Assembly: GCA_024233785.1 (NCBI GenBank)
Contig: JACKPD010000011.1
Location: 5,002 to 69,001, forward strand
Reading direction: 5' to 3'
DNA: 64,000 bases
Origin: Spirochaetales bacterium
Lineage (GTDB): Bacteria; Spirochaetota; Spirochaetia; CADAEX01
The notes below the pieces were generated by a model that saw only the letters and a list, made by a program, of their open reading frames with translations, was not told the origin of the DNA and did no database searches. Each line of letters begins with the position of its first letter. Position 1 is the stretch's first letter. Positions 1 through 8,576 of this stretch are shown piece after piece. The position numbers and the translations under genes were made by a program.

Positions 1-1
1 G

Positions 2-652
2 CCTTCAAGTCATCCGCAGATTGAGAAATTTATCCTTAAAACCCTTGAAAATGAAAAAATGACACTGGTAATAGAAACTTCCGGAATCGGGTGGAAAAAC
101 GGGATAATTGAAACACTTGCCGGTAAAAAAGACCTTTTCGGGGACAGGCTTATATGGATTGTGTCCCTGGATACAGATGACCGGGGCGTTTATAAGCAGC
201 TTCGCGGGGAAGGGTATGATGATGCTTTATCGTTTTCCGCTCTGCTTAACAGTAATTTTCCTGAAACTGCCTATTTCCAGGCTGTAAGGATGCATGAAAA
301 TGAGAAACCCCTTGAAAAGTTCTATAAATCCTGGAAACAGGATAGTAAAAAAATAATAGTGCAGAAATATGATAATTTCTGCGGATTTCTCCCGGACAGG
401 AAAGTAACTGACATATCTCCTCTTAACAGGATACCGTGCTGGCATATAAAAAGGGATATGCCGGTTTTACTCGACGGTACTGTTCCTCTGTGCCGGGAGG
501 AAGTCGGAAATCAAAGAGTACTCGGCAATATCTTTACAGACAATATTGAAGAAATATGGAGAGAAGGGGAAAAATATTATCTTGAACAACTGGACTCCAA
601 CTATTCAGGAATATGCGGGAAGTGTGATGAATACTATACCTACAACTTCTAA
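2..652 (+). CDS. radical SAM / SPASM-domain protein, C-terminal part (5' end lies outside the window)
   Basis: The reading frame is open from the window edge (no stop from nt 2). The C-terminus carries a Cys-rich SPASM-like cluster (IPCWH...VPLCREE...GICGKCDEYY). It is first in a chain of overlapping co-oriented genes. Confidence 0.55.
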   Translation, partial: PSSHPQIEKFILKTLENEKMTLVIETSGIGWKNGIIETLAGKKDLFGDRLIWIVSLDTDDRGVYKQLRGEGYDDALSFSALLNSNFPETAYFQAVRMHENEKPLEKFYKSWKQDSKKIIVQKYDNFCGFLPDRKVTDISPLNRIPCWHIKRDMPVLLDGTVPLCREEVGNQRVLGNIFTDNIEEIWREGEKYYLEQLDSNYSGICGKCDEYYTYNF

Positions 653-1592
653 AAGGGCGAGAATTCCCTATACAGTCCTCGGGGACGGAGGAAGCGGAGG
701 GAAAAGACATTTTGAACGCCTTTCGCTTCTTGTCCTAAACAGGGGAAAATCCATATTTAAAACTGATTTTTTAAAGGAAATTGAAAGCCTTGGTTTTGCT
801 GAGGTAATATCCATAGAAAATCCCGGTGTAAACTATGATGTTGAAAGCATCTCAAGGAAATTCCCTTTTGTTAAATTCCTTCTGCTTCAGGAAAGCTGCA
901 GCCCCGGAGAGCAGATAAATCTCGGGCTTGAAGAGGCAAAAAGCGAATATGTATATACAGTATGGAACAATATGAAGCTTTCTCCATCATCTGTATCTGT
1001 AAGGCTTGTTGAAAACCTTCAGAATGAAGAATCAATCTGTACTGTCCCGGTACTTAGAACTTCGGGAAACGAAATAGTCCCTTCGATTGTGATACCGGCA
1101 TTTAAAAAAAGGAATCTCAAGATTATTTATACTGTTCCCAAAAAAAACGGCGCGATCACCCTGTTCCCGTTTGATTATTGCGGTATTTACAACAGGGAGA
1201 AATTCCTTTACAGCGGCGGTTATGATTACTCAATCCTGAACCAGTACTGGCAGAAGATGGATTTCGGTTTCAGGGTGAACATGTGGGGCGGAAGAATTAT
1301 ATGCAATACAAGCCTTCAGTCGGCCTATACTTCTGATTTTATTACAGATGATTCCTCTGTTGACAGATACTACAGGAAGTTTTACCTGAAAAATCTTGCG
1401 GTAAGGTTTAACGGTGATTCAGGTTATCTTCCGGGTTCGAAATTTATACAGTATCTTTTAAGGTCGGGTGAAAGTTTTTTTACAGCAAGAAATAATTTTA
1501 ATGAAGCAAAAAAATGGGTTGAGCTGAATAAATACCGTTTTAATTTTGACTGCAGAGGGTTAACAGAATTATGGTCAGATCCGGAAATGTAG
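627..1592 (+). CDS. hypothetical protein, degenerate GT-A (GT2-like) fold
   Basis: Long ORF. I prefer the internal ATG at 627 (MNTIPTT) over 546 because 546 lies deep inside the upstream gene. The layout resembles GT2 (LSLLVLNRG...SPGEQINLGLEEAKSEYVYTVWNNM), but no DxD motif is visible. Confidence 0.45.
   Translation: MNTIPTTSKRARIPYTVLGDGGSGGKRHFERLSLLVLNRGKSIFKTDFLKEIESLGFAEVISIENPGVNYDVESISRKFPFVKFLLLQESCSPGEQINLGLEEAKSEYVYTVWNNMKLSPSSVSVRLVENLQNEESICTVPVLRTSGNEIVPSIVIPAFKKRNLKIIYTVPKKNGAITLFPFDYCGIYNREKFLYSGGYDYSILNQYWQKMDFGFRVNMWGGRIICNTSLQSAYTSDFITDDSSVDRYYRKFYLKNLAVRFNGDSGYLPGSKFIQYLLRSGESFFTARNNFNEAKKWVELNKYRFNFDCRGLTELWSDPEM
682..691 (+). repeat. GGGACGGAGG word, copy 1
   Basis: Exact 10-mer in sense orientation in the 627-1592 gene. 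It is read as GDGG, and a CGGAGG echo follows 9 nt later. Confidence 0.9.
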
Positions 1593-2290
1593 CTGTATTT
1601 CTACAGGCCCGTATCGGTTCAACACGGCTCCCGTCCAAAGCTCTTTTTGATCTTAATGGAATTACGGCGATCGGCAGGGCCATGATCAGGCTGAAAAGAA
1701 TAAAAGCAGATAATTATGTTGTTCTCACGGACCGCGACAGTTATGCAATACTTGAAAAGGAAACACAGAAGTACGGATTTGAGATTATGGAAGGTCCGGC
1801 TGATGATGTTCTAAAAAGATTTGCTCTTGCGATTATAAAATATTCTCCTGTTACATTTGTAAGGGCAACAGGAGATAATCCCCTGGTATTTTACCGCCAG
1901 GCGCAGTTTATTCTTTCAGAGCATATTGAAAAAAATGCGGATCACAGCTGGTTCACCGGAATGCCTCTGGGCGCCGGGGTTGAGATAGTAAAATCAGAGA
2001 AATTGCTGGAAGCGGAAAAAAACGCCTCTGATCCGTACGAAAGAGAACATGTAACTCCTTATCTTTACCGCAGACCGTCATTGTATAATCTTAATCATCC
2101 TGAAGCTGATATCAGCTCAACATATCCCGAAGGCAGAATAACCATGGATACCATGAATGATTATCTTTATTTAAAGAGAATATTTGAAATAGATAATATT
2201 ATCGGGACTGACTGTCTGACAGAAAGTACTGAACGGTTAATTGACTGGCTTAAAAAGAATCCCCATCCTGACAGTAATAAAAAATCATGA
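1571..2290 (+). CDS. cytidylyltransferase-family protein (SpsF/PseF/NeuA-like, CTP_transf_3)
   Basis: The N-terminus VAVFLQARIGSTRLPSKAL is the typical P-loop-like motif of acylneuraminate/sugar cytidylyltransferases. The gene overlaps both neighbours. Confidence 0.7.
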   Translation: MVRSGNVAVFLQARIGSTRLPSKALFDLNGITAIGRAMIRLKRIKADNYVVLTDRDSYAILEKETQKYGFEIMEGPADDVLKRFALAIIKYSPVTFVRATGDNPLVFYRQAQFILSEHIEKNADHSWFTGMPLGAGVEIVKSEKLLEAEKNASDPYEREHVTPYLYRRPSLYNLNHPEADISSTYPEGRITMDTMNDYLYLKRIFEIDNIIGTDCLTESTERLIDWLKKNPHPDSNKKS

Positions 2291-4098
2291 AAAAAATACT
2301 TTTTATCCCTTCATGTGAAAAAGGCAACGGAAGCGGCCATTTGCGACGGTGCTGCCTCTGGGCAGAGTCGCCGCTTTATGATGGTTACATCTATATCCCT
2401 GAACAAAGACTCGGAGAGTATCTGTCTGAAGGTAATTCTGAATTCGCAGCCGCGCATTTATCTGACAATGAAAAGATCGTAACAGCTTTAGAGGGACGCT
2501 GGGATATGTCGGTTCTTGATATGAGGAGAACTCCGGTACAGCTGATAGAAAAATGCAGAAGTATATCAATAATACTCACTGGTGTAGATGAGGGAGGTAT
2601 CTGGAGGAAAAACTTTGACTACCTTATTGATACCCTGCCGAATCCATATAATACGGGCGTAAGGAGCAATATTACTTCAACCGGTCTTCTTGGTATTCCG
2701 GATAAAAGAGAAGCCCTGCTTTCTTCCGGCAGAATAGATAAATATTCATCTGTATTAGTGTCCTTCGGCGGTGAAGACCCTGCCGGTATTACAGAGCGGT
2801 TTTTAAGCGATGCTGTCAGGTTCAGTCTTTTTGAAAATCTTGAAGTAACAGTTGTAACAGGCCCTTTTTTTAAAAATAAAGGTAAAATAAAGGATAAATA
2901 CGGTTGTTTCAACATTGTTGAATCTCCGAAAGGGATTGAAGATTTAATTGACAAAGCTGATCTTGTTTTTACCTCATTCGGACTTACAGCTTATGAAGCA
3001 CTTTATTCCGGAAAGCATGTAATTTTGATCAATCCGTCAGGATATCACAGGAAACTGTCCCTTATTGCGGGAATATGTGAAGCAGGTATAATTAACGGGG
3101 AAATCAGGAAGATTAAACAGATCCTTGATAACCCTCATCTTTATGATGAAAGTGCAATAAAATTACTTGATCCCCCCTCTGATATCATGGAGCTTTTTAA
3201 AAGTACCGCAGAGACAGAAAAAACAGCATGTCCGATTTGCGGGAATAAAGGGAAAATATTTAAAAGGTTTTTGAAAAAAAACTACATCAAGTGCGGCAGG
3301 TGCGGTATTTATTATCTTCAGAAGACAGGACCTTTTGCAAATGATTCAAAAATATACAATAAATCCTATTTTTTTGAGGAATATAAAAAGCAGTACGGTA
3401 AAACATATCTGGAGGATTTTAATAATATTTCAGTTATTTGTCTCAGCCGTCATAAAATAATAGAAAAAATCAAAAAATCAGGAAAAATACTTGATGTAGG
3501 GTGCGCATACGGCCCTTTTCTTGATGTCATGAATAAAAAAGGGTATGACTGTACAGGAATTGACATATCCGAAGATGCTGCAGGCTATGTCAGAAAGAAG
3601 CTTGGCATAAACGCATTCACTTTTGATTTTGCTTCATCCTCTTCTTTGACTGACCCTGACGCATCAGCAATTAAAAAAGATGTTCTCTCTCCTGAAGGAA
3701 ATTACGATATAATAACTATGTGGTATGTCATCGAGCATTTTAAAAATACAGATAAAATAATTCGAAAAGTACACTCGATGCTTAATGAAGGCGGTATATT
3801 TGCATTTTCCACTCCGAATTATTCCGGAATTAGCGGCAGGAAAAATATTTCAGGATTTCTTGAATCAAGTCCTGATGATCACTTCACAATATGGAATATT
3901 AAAACCGCCCGCCGGCTGATGCGGCAATACGGATTCAGAATAATCAGGGTGAGATCAACAGGACATCATCCTGAAAGGTTCCCCCGGTTTCTTGAATTAA
4001 CGACAGGAAGGAAGATTCTGGGAATAATCAGCAGAATATTCCGGCTGGGTGATACATTTGAAATTTATGCAGTAAAGGCAGGGCCGGTGAATGATTGA
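2287..4098 (+). CDS. fusion protein: PseG-like (GT28-fold) domain + Cys4 ribbon + class I SAM-dependent methyltransferase
   Basis: The N-terminus KILFIPSCEKGNGSGHLRRC resembles the G-x-GH-x-x-R start of PseG/SpsG. The middle has CPICGN...CGRCG. The C-terminus has ILDVGCAYGPF (SAM motif I) and a GGIFAFSTPN block. Confidence 0.6.
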   Translation: MKKILFIPSCEKGNGSGHLRRCCLWAESPLYDGYIYIPEQRLGEYLSEGNSEFAAAHLSDNEKIVTALEGRWDMSVLDMRRTPVQLIEKCRSISIILTGVDEGGIWRKNFDYLIDTLPNPYNTGVRSNITSTGLLGIPDKREALLSSGRIDKYSSVLVSFGGEDPAGITERFLSDAVRFSLFENLEVTVVTGPFFKNKGKIKDKYGCFNIVESPKGIEDLIDKADLVFTSFGLTAYEALYSGKHVILINPSGYHRKLSLIAGICEAGIINGEIRKIKQILDNPHLYDESAIKLLDPPSDIMELFKSTAETEKTACPICGNKGKIFKRFLKKNYIKCGRCGIYYLQKTGPFANDSKIYNKSYFFEEYKKQYGKTYLEDFNNISVICLSRHKIIEKIKKSGKILDVGCAYGPFLDVMNKKGYDCTGIDISEDAAGYVRKKLGINAFTFDFASSSSLTDPDASAIKKDVLSPEGNYDIITMWYVIEHFKNTDKIIRKVHSMLNEGGIFAFSTPNYSGISGRKNISGFLESSPDDHFTIWNIKTARRLMRQYGFRIIRVRSTGHHPERFPRFLELTTGRKILGIISRIFRLGDTFEIYAVKAGPVND

Positions 4099-5740
4099 AG
4101 CTGTTGAGGCAAATAATAAAACAGAAAAAGCCATTGTAATTCTTGGAGCAGGGATTATGCAGATACCTGCCATAGAGTCCGCGAAACGAAAGGGGTATAT
4201 AACAATAGTCTTTGACGGAAACTGCAAAGCGCAGGGAGCAGCTGTCTCTGACCATTTTGAGAATATTGACCTGAAAAACCGGGAAGCGCTGTTTGAAAAA
4301 TGCCTCGGCTACAGGAAAAAATATCAAATTGCGGGTGTTTTTACAGCAGGTACTGATTTTTCATATATCGTTGCCTGGCTTTCCGCTCAGCTCGGTCTTA
4401 AATCCATAAGCTATGAAACATCAATTAAAGCTACTGACAAATCGCTTATGAGGCAGGCGTTTCTTTCCTGTAATGTTCCGTCTCCAGCCTGGCTGATAAC
4501 TGAAAACAGAAACATTGACGAGACCATGGTCCGTAAACTTGGATTTCCTCTTGTTGTAAAACCTGTTGACAGCATGGGTGCGCGCGGCACAGTCAGGGTA
4601 GACGACAGCCTTCAGCTTGGAGAGGCATTTGATTCAGCATATATTCATTCAAGAACCGGAAAGGTTATTATTGAGCAGTATATTGAAGGCCCGGAATACA
4701 GTCTTGATGCAGTTGTAAAAGACGGAAATATAACAGTCTGCGGAATTGCAGACCGCCATATATTCTTCCCCCCATATTTTGTGGAAATGGGGCATACAAT
4801 GCCTGCTGTTCTGACGAAGGAGGCTTCTGATAATATCGCAAAAGTCTTCTGCGACGGAATTAAAGCCATAGGTATTGATAACGGATCTGCAAAGGGAGAT
4901 ATCAAATACAGCAGAAAGGGAGCTGTAGTCGGTGAAATTGCGGCAAGGCTTTCAGGGGGTTATATGTCCGGGTGGACATTCCCCTATTCTACAGGTTTTT
5001 CCGTTATTGACGCTGCTATTGATATTGCTGTTGGAAACGACCCTGGAGCCGTTGATTACAGCTACATAAACACTGCCGCAGAAAGAGCTTTTATCTCAAT
5101 ACCGGGTATTGTTGACTCAGTCTTTATTCCTGAAAATATTCAGAAAAACATTATAGAACGGAATGAAGATACTGTTATAAAAGAATTATTTTTAAATGTA
5201 AAACCTGGTGCTGCTGTAAATTTTCCAAAAAATAATGTTGAAAAATGCGGCAATGTAATTGCGGTTCACAGAGAAAGAGAGAAAGCTGTTTACGCGGCAG
5301 AACAGGCATGCCGTGATATATTTGTAAAACTGAAACCGTGCGGAGAGATGACCTATAATTTTATATTCAATGAAAAGGAATCATGGATACCTGATGCATT
5401 CAATCCCGGCCGGACAGCGCTTGAAATGCCTGATTATTACGGAAATATTCAGGATGTTGATATATTCAGGCACCCGATTAATGTAATTATGCCGGAAGCA
5501 GCCGCCGGGGACCCGGGAAGGGACTGGCAGGGCCGGACACTGGATAATGTGTTAAAGCAGATAGAATATCATACAAACATAAGGTTTGTTGAAAAAACGG
5601 ATATTGGCAGTTCTTTTGCAGTCGGACGCCTTTTCTGGAAAAGTGTTGCGCGAGGCAGCGTTCAGGGAGGGGTTTGGATTGTGGAAACACTTCTTGAGTA
5701 TCTTGAAAACGGGAAGGATTTAAAAGACTATAAATGGTAA
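4091..5740 (+). CDS. ATP-grasp domain protein (carboxylate-amine / L-amino-acid-ligase-like) with ~170 aa C-terminal extension
   Basis: VILGAGIMQIPAIESAKRKG pre-ATP-grasp start, FPLVVKPVDSMGARG, and IIEQYIEGPEYSLD. It is a paralogue of the ATP-grasp gene at 39427-40716. Confidence 0.7.
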   Translation: MIEAVEANNKTEKAIVILGAGIMQIPAIESAKRKGYITIVFDGNCKAQGAAVSDHFENIDLKNREALFEKCLGYRKKYQIAGVFTAGTDFSYIVAWLSAQLGLKSISYETSIKATDKSLMRQAFLSCNVPSPAWLITENRNIDETMVRKLGFPLVVKPVDSMGARGTVRVDDSLQLGEAFDSAYIHSRTGKVIIEQYIEGPEYSLDAVVKDGNITVCGIADRHIFFPPYFVEMGHTMPAVLTKEASDNIAKVFCDGIKAIGIDNGSAKGDIKYSRKGAVVGEIAARLSGGYMSGWTFPYSTGFSVIDAAIDIAVGNDPGAVDYSYINTAAERAFISIPGIVDSVFIPENIQKNIIERNEDTVIKELFLNVKPGAAVNFPKNNVEKCGNVIAVHREREKAVYAAEQACRDIFVKLKPCGEMTYNFIFNEKESWIPDAFNPGRTALEMPDYYGNIQDVDIFRHPINVIMPEAAAGDPGRDWQGRTLDNVLKQIEYHTNIRFVEKTDIGSSFAVGRLFWKSVARGSVQGGVWIVETLLEYLENGKDLKDYKW

Positions 5741-6819
5741 TAACAGGACGGAAATCAGCAGTTTTAATTGTTTTTCTTCTTTTTATACTCTGTTTAAATG
5801 CCAATGCAGCATCTGATGATATCTCTCTGGCGGATTTCATTAAACAAAATAATTTTTCGTTCAGATGGTCCCCGATACTTGATACCGGAGAACTTAAGTA
5901 TGGAGATGACATTTTCAGTTTCAAGCCGGGAGAAGATTTCATTGTATATAACTATAAGGAAAAAATAACAGGCTCCGGGATATACAGGGACGGAGGAATT
6001 ATCATAATTGACGGTAAAACCGCTGAAACAATTCTTTCAAAGAGCGGTTTTACCTCTTCCCCAAGACCGGTAGAGAAGGAATCGGCTGATGTTAAACCTT
6101 CGGGGCACAGGATTGCTGCAATAATTATTGATCCCGGGCATGGGGGAAGGGATTCCGGAGCAATAGGCAGACATGAAATTGATGGGAATAATTATACTGT
6201 TTATGAAAAAGATGTTGTTCTTGATATTGCGCTTGAATTAAACAGGAGGCTGACCTCTGCCTACAGGGATAAAAAAATAATTCTTACCAGAAACAATGAT
6301 TCATATCCATCGCTAGATGACAGGGTAGAAAAAGCAAATAATGTCAAACTTGGAAAAAACGAGGCAATTGTATTTGTTTCTATACATGCAAATGCATCTT
6401 TCAATAAAAACGCGAAAGGGTTCGAGGTCTGGTATCTTCCGCCCGAATACAGACGGGACCTGCTTGATGAGAACAATGCTGACAAGAAAACCAAAGATAT
6501 CCTTCCTATCCTCAACACAATGCTTGAAGAGGAATTTACAATAGAAAGTATTTTATTGGCGCAAAACATACTTGATGGTCTTGATAAATCAATTGGCAGT
6601 AAGGATTTAAACAGAGGTTTGAAGGAAGAAACCTGGTTTGTTGTAAAAAATGCCAAAATGCCTTCTGTTCTGATTGAAGTGGGATTTGTATCAAATAAGG
6701 AAGAATCTGTAAATCTTTCGGATAAAAATTACTTGAAGAAAATAACCGAAGGTATTTATAATGGGATAAAAAGATTCATCGACAATCTTGAAATGATTAA
6801 TACCGGCGGAGAAAATTGA
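5734..6819 (+). CDS. N-acetylmuramoyl-L-alanine amidase (Amidase_3 / AmiC type)
   Basis: IIIDPGHGGRDSGAIG, VSIHANA and PSVLIEVGFVSNKEE are the canonical Amidase_3 zinc-ligand blocks. An N-terminal signal peptide is present. Confidence 0.85.
   Translation: MVITGRKSAVLIVFLLFILCLNANAASDDISLADFIKQNNFSFRWSPILDTGELKYGDDIFSFKPGEDFIVYNYKEKITGSGIYRDGGIIIIDGKTAETILSKSGFTSSPRPVEKESADVKPSGHRIAAIIIDPGHGGRDSGAIGRHEIDGNNYTVYEKDVVLDIALELNRRLTSAYRDKKIILTRNNDSYPSLDDRVEKANNVKLGKNEAIVFVSIHANASFNKNAKGFEVWYLPPEYRRDLLDENNADKKTKDILPILNTMLEEEFTIESILLAQNILDGLDKSIGSKDLNRGLKEETWFVVKNAKMPSVLIEVGFVSNKEESVNLSDKNYLKKITEGIYNGIKRFIDNLEMINTGGEN
5987..5996 (+). repeat. GGGACGGAGG word, copy 2
   Basis: Exact 10-mer in sense orientation in the amidase gene, read as RDGG. 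Confidence 0.9.
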
Positions 6820-6820
6820 A

Positions 6821-7285
6821 TTGAGTAAAAAATTAAGGATGATATCTGCTATTTCCATTTTGGCAGTATTTATAATATCGTTTGCAATATATATTTCTGT
6901 AAATTTACATAAAACAGAAAGAATTTTTTTCTTTCCTGAACATAATAACAGCAAAACAGTAGGTGAAAGCCGCAGAATTCCCAGATTTATAAACAGGGAG
7001 AAAAATGTAGATATATTTACACGGGAATTGCTGCTGGGTCCTCTTAATATGAAGCTGGATTCTTTATTTTCTTCTGGTACAAAACTGGAAAAAATGTTAT
7101 ATAGAAACAAAATTATTTACCTTGATCTTGATATTAAGGCGCTTTTTCCTGATAAAAAGGCAATACACGGTTTCGATACCGGAATTAGACTGTTAAAAAA
7201 AAATATAAAGTTTAATTTCCCCTATGTAAAAAAGGTGGTTGTTACAATATCGGGTGAAGAAACTTTAATTGAGGACGGGGAATAA
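6821..7285 (+). CDS. GerMN-like domain protein, membrane anchored
   Basis: An N-terminal TM helix is followed by a GerMN-like pattern (ELLLGP...IIYLDLD...VKKVVVTISGEE). The start is TTG at 6821, or the ATG at 6839. Confidence 0.5.
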   Translation: MSKKLRMISAISILAVFIISFAIYISVNLHKTERIFFFPEHNNSKTVGESRRIPRFINREKNVDIFTRELLLGPLNMKLDSLFSSGTKLEKMLYRNKIIYLDLDIKALFPDKKAIHGFDTGIRLLKKNIKFNFPYVKKVVVTISGEETLIEDGE

Positions 7286-7355
7286 AACCGGTTATTTTAC
7301 AATTAAATGGAAGTTTTGCCAGCAATTACAAAAATCTAAAAAAAAATAAAAGTTG

Positions 7356-7383
7356 TTGACAAAATCTGTACCTATTTTATAAT
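7356..7383 (+). promoter_or_regulatory. sigma70-type promoter for flaA (TTGACA - 16 nt - TATAAT)
   Basis: TTGACA at 7356-7361 and TATAAT at 7378-7383, about 36 nt upstream of the flaA ATG. An AGGAG RBS precedes the start. Confidence 0.5.
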
Positions 7384-7419
7384 TGTATTTAAGGTTTATT
7401 AAAGAAAAAGGAGCTATAG

Positions 7420-8415
7420 ATGAAACGGTTCTTCATCCTTCTAACAACAGTTTTTTTCTTCATTAGTGCAATTTCATTTGCTGAAGAAGCTGTATTGATT
7501 GACTTTTCAAAATTGGCAGCAGATTATCCTGAACAGGATCCTAAAGAAAACGCAAGAACACTGGTAGATTATTCAGATAAAGCTGGTACATCTTATTCAG
7601 ATGCAGAAAAAGCGGAGATGAAAACATCAATCGCTCTGAATAACTGGGATGTTGTGCTTGCATCTTCATCAAGAAGAGTTATAAATCAGGCCCTGTCCAT
7701 GACAAAAGAGGTTCCTGTAATTGCAGAAGCAAAAAAATATGCAGGAGAAAAAGTTATTGGTATCAGGATTCATTTTCCTGATGAATCATTTAATTCATGG
7801 GCATTGATCAAACCTCCGTTTGAGATACCTGCCTACATGAAAAAGACAAACATTGAAGGTGACGGCAAACTTGTAGAAGACGAAACAGACAGATACGGTT
7901 CAAAGTTTATCGACGGATATGGTGTTGTTAAGAATGTCGGTGTAATTAAATCACTTTCCATGAATGTTTACGGATCAAATTTCCCTAACGGTCTTGAAGT
8001 AATACTGAAAGATCAGAACAACGAAGAAAAAGCCATATTCATGGATTATCTAAACTTTGAAGGCTGGAGAACTATTACCTGGAAGAATCCTAATTACATT
8101 ACAGAAGTAAGAAACAGGGATGTTTATCAGACACCTCTTTATCCGAAAGCTACACCAATGGTAAAACTGGCAGGAGTCAGAATTTTAAAAGATGCTTCAC
8201 AGGAAGGCGGGGATATAATTACATATATTAAGGATATCTCTGTTGTTTATGATAAAGCGGTTCTTACAATCGAAAGAGATGTTGATGAAGAAGCTATCTG
8301 GGGTATTCTTAAAGAAAGAGAAGAATCTAGAAGAACAGCTGAATTTGAAAGACTTGGTCAGCAGCAGGTTCTTAGATATCTTGAACAGAAAAAAATGCAC
8401 GTAGATGAAGGATGA
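7420..8415 (+). CDS. flaA: flagellar filament outer-layer (sheath) protein FlaA
   Basis: A signal peptide is followed by AEEAVLIDFSKL, the conserved mature N-terminus of spirochaete FlaA. The size (~330 aa) is typical. Confidence 0.85.
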   Translation: MKRFFILLTTVFFFISAISFAEEAVLIDFSKLAADYPEQDPKENARTLVDYSDKAGTSYSDAEKAEMKTSIALNNWDVVLASSSRRVINQALSMTKEVPVIAEAKKYAGEKVIGIRIHFPDESFNSWALIKPPFEIPAYMKKTNIEGDGKLVEDETDRYGSKFIDGYGVVKNVGVIKSLSMNVYGSNFPNGLEVILKDQNNEEKAIFMDYLNFEGWRTITWKNPNYITEVRNRDVYQTPLYPKATPMVKLAGVRILKDASQEGGDIITYIKDISVVYDKAVLTIERDVDEEAIWGILKEREESRRTAEFERLGQQQVLRYLEQKKMHVDEG

Positions 8416-8457
8416 TCTTACTGAACATATAATTGTTTAACTGCTAGATATATAAAA

Positions 8458-8485
8458 AAGCTCCCGATAAGGGGGCTTTTTTATA
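8458..8485 (+). terminator. rho-independent terminator after flaA
   Basis: The stem AAGCTCCC/GGGGGCTT has a GATAA loop and is followed by a T-run. Confidence 0.7.
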
Positions 8486-8493
8486 TTTATAGT

Positions 8494-8522
8494 TTGAAAA
8501 AAAACTGTTTATGATTTATAGT
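8494..8522 (+). promoter_or_regulatory. candidate sigma70-type promoter for the che operon (TTGAAA - 17 nt - TATAGT)
   Basis: TTGAAA at 8494-8499 and TATAGT at 8517-8522, about 55 nt upstream of cheA. Confidence 0.4.
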
Positions 8523-8576
8523 GTAAAAGAAAATATAGCTTAAGCTGTCTTCAAATCCTTTAAATACAGAGATGAT

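Noticed and set aside
546-626. Upstream extension of the 627-1592 gene (ORF track start at 546)
   Set aside because: The extension lies ~100 nt inside the preceding SPASM-domain gene and translates to a non-protein-like sequence. The ATG at 627 gives an overlap typical of this operon.
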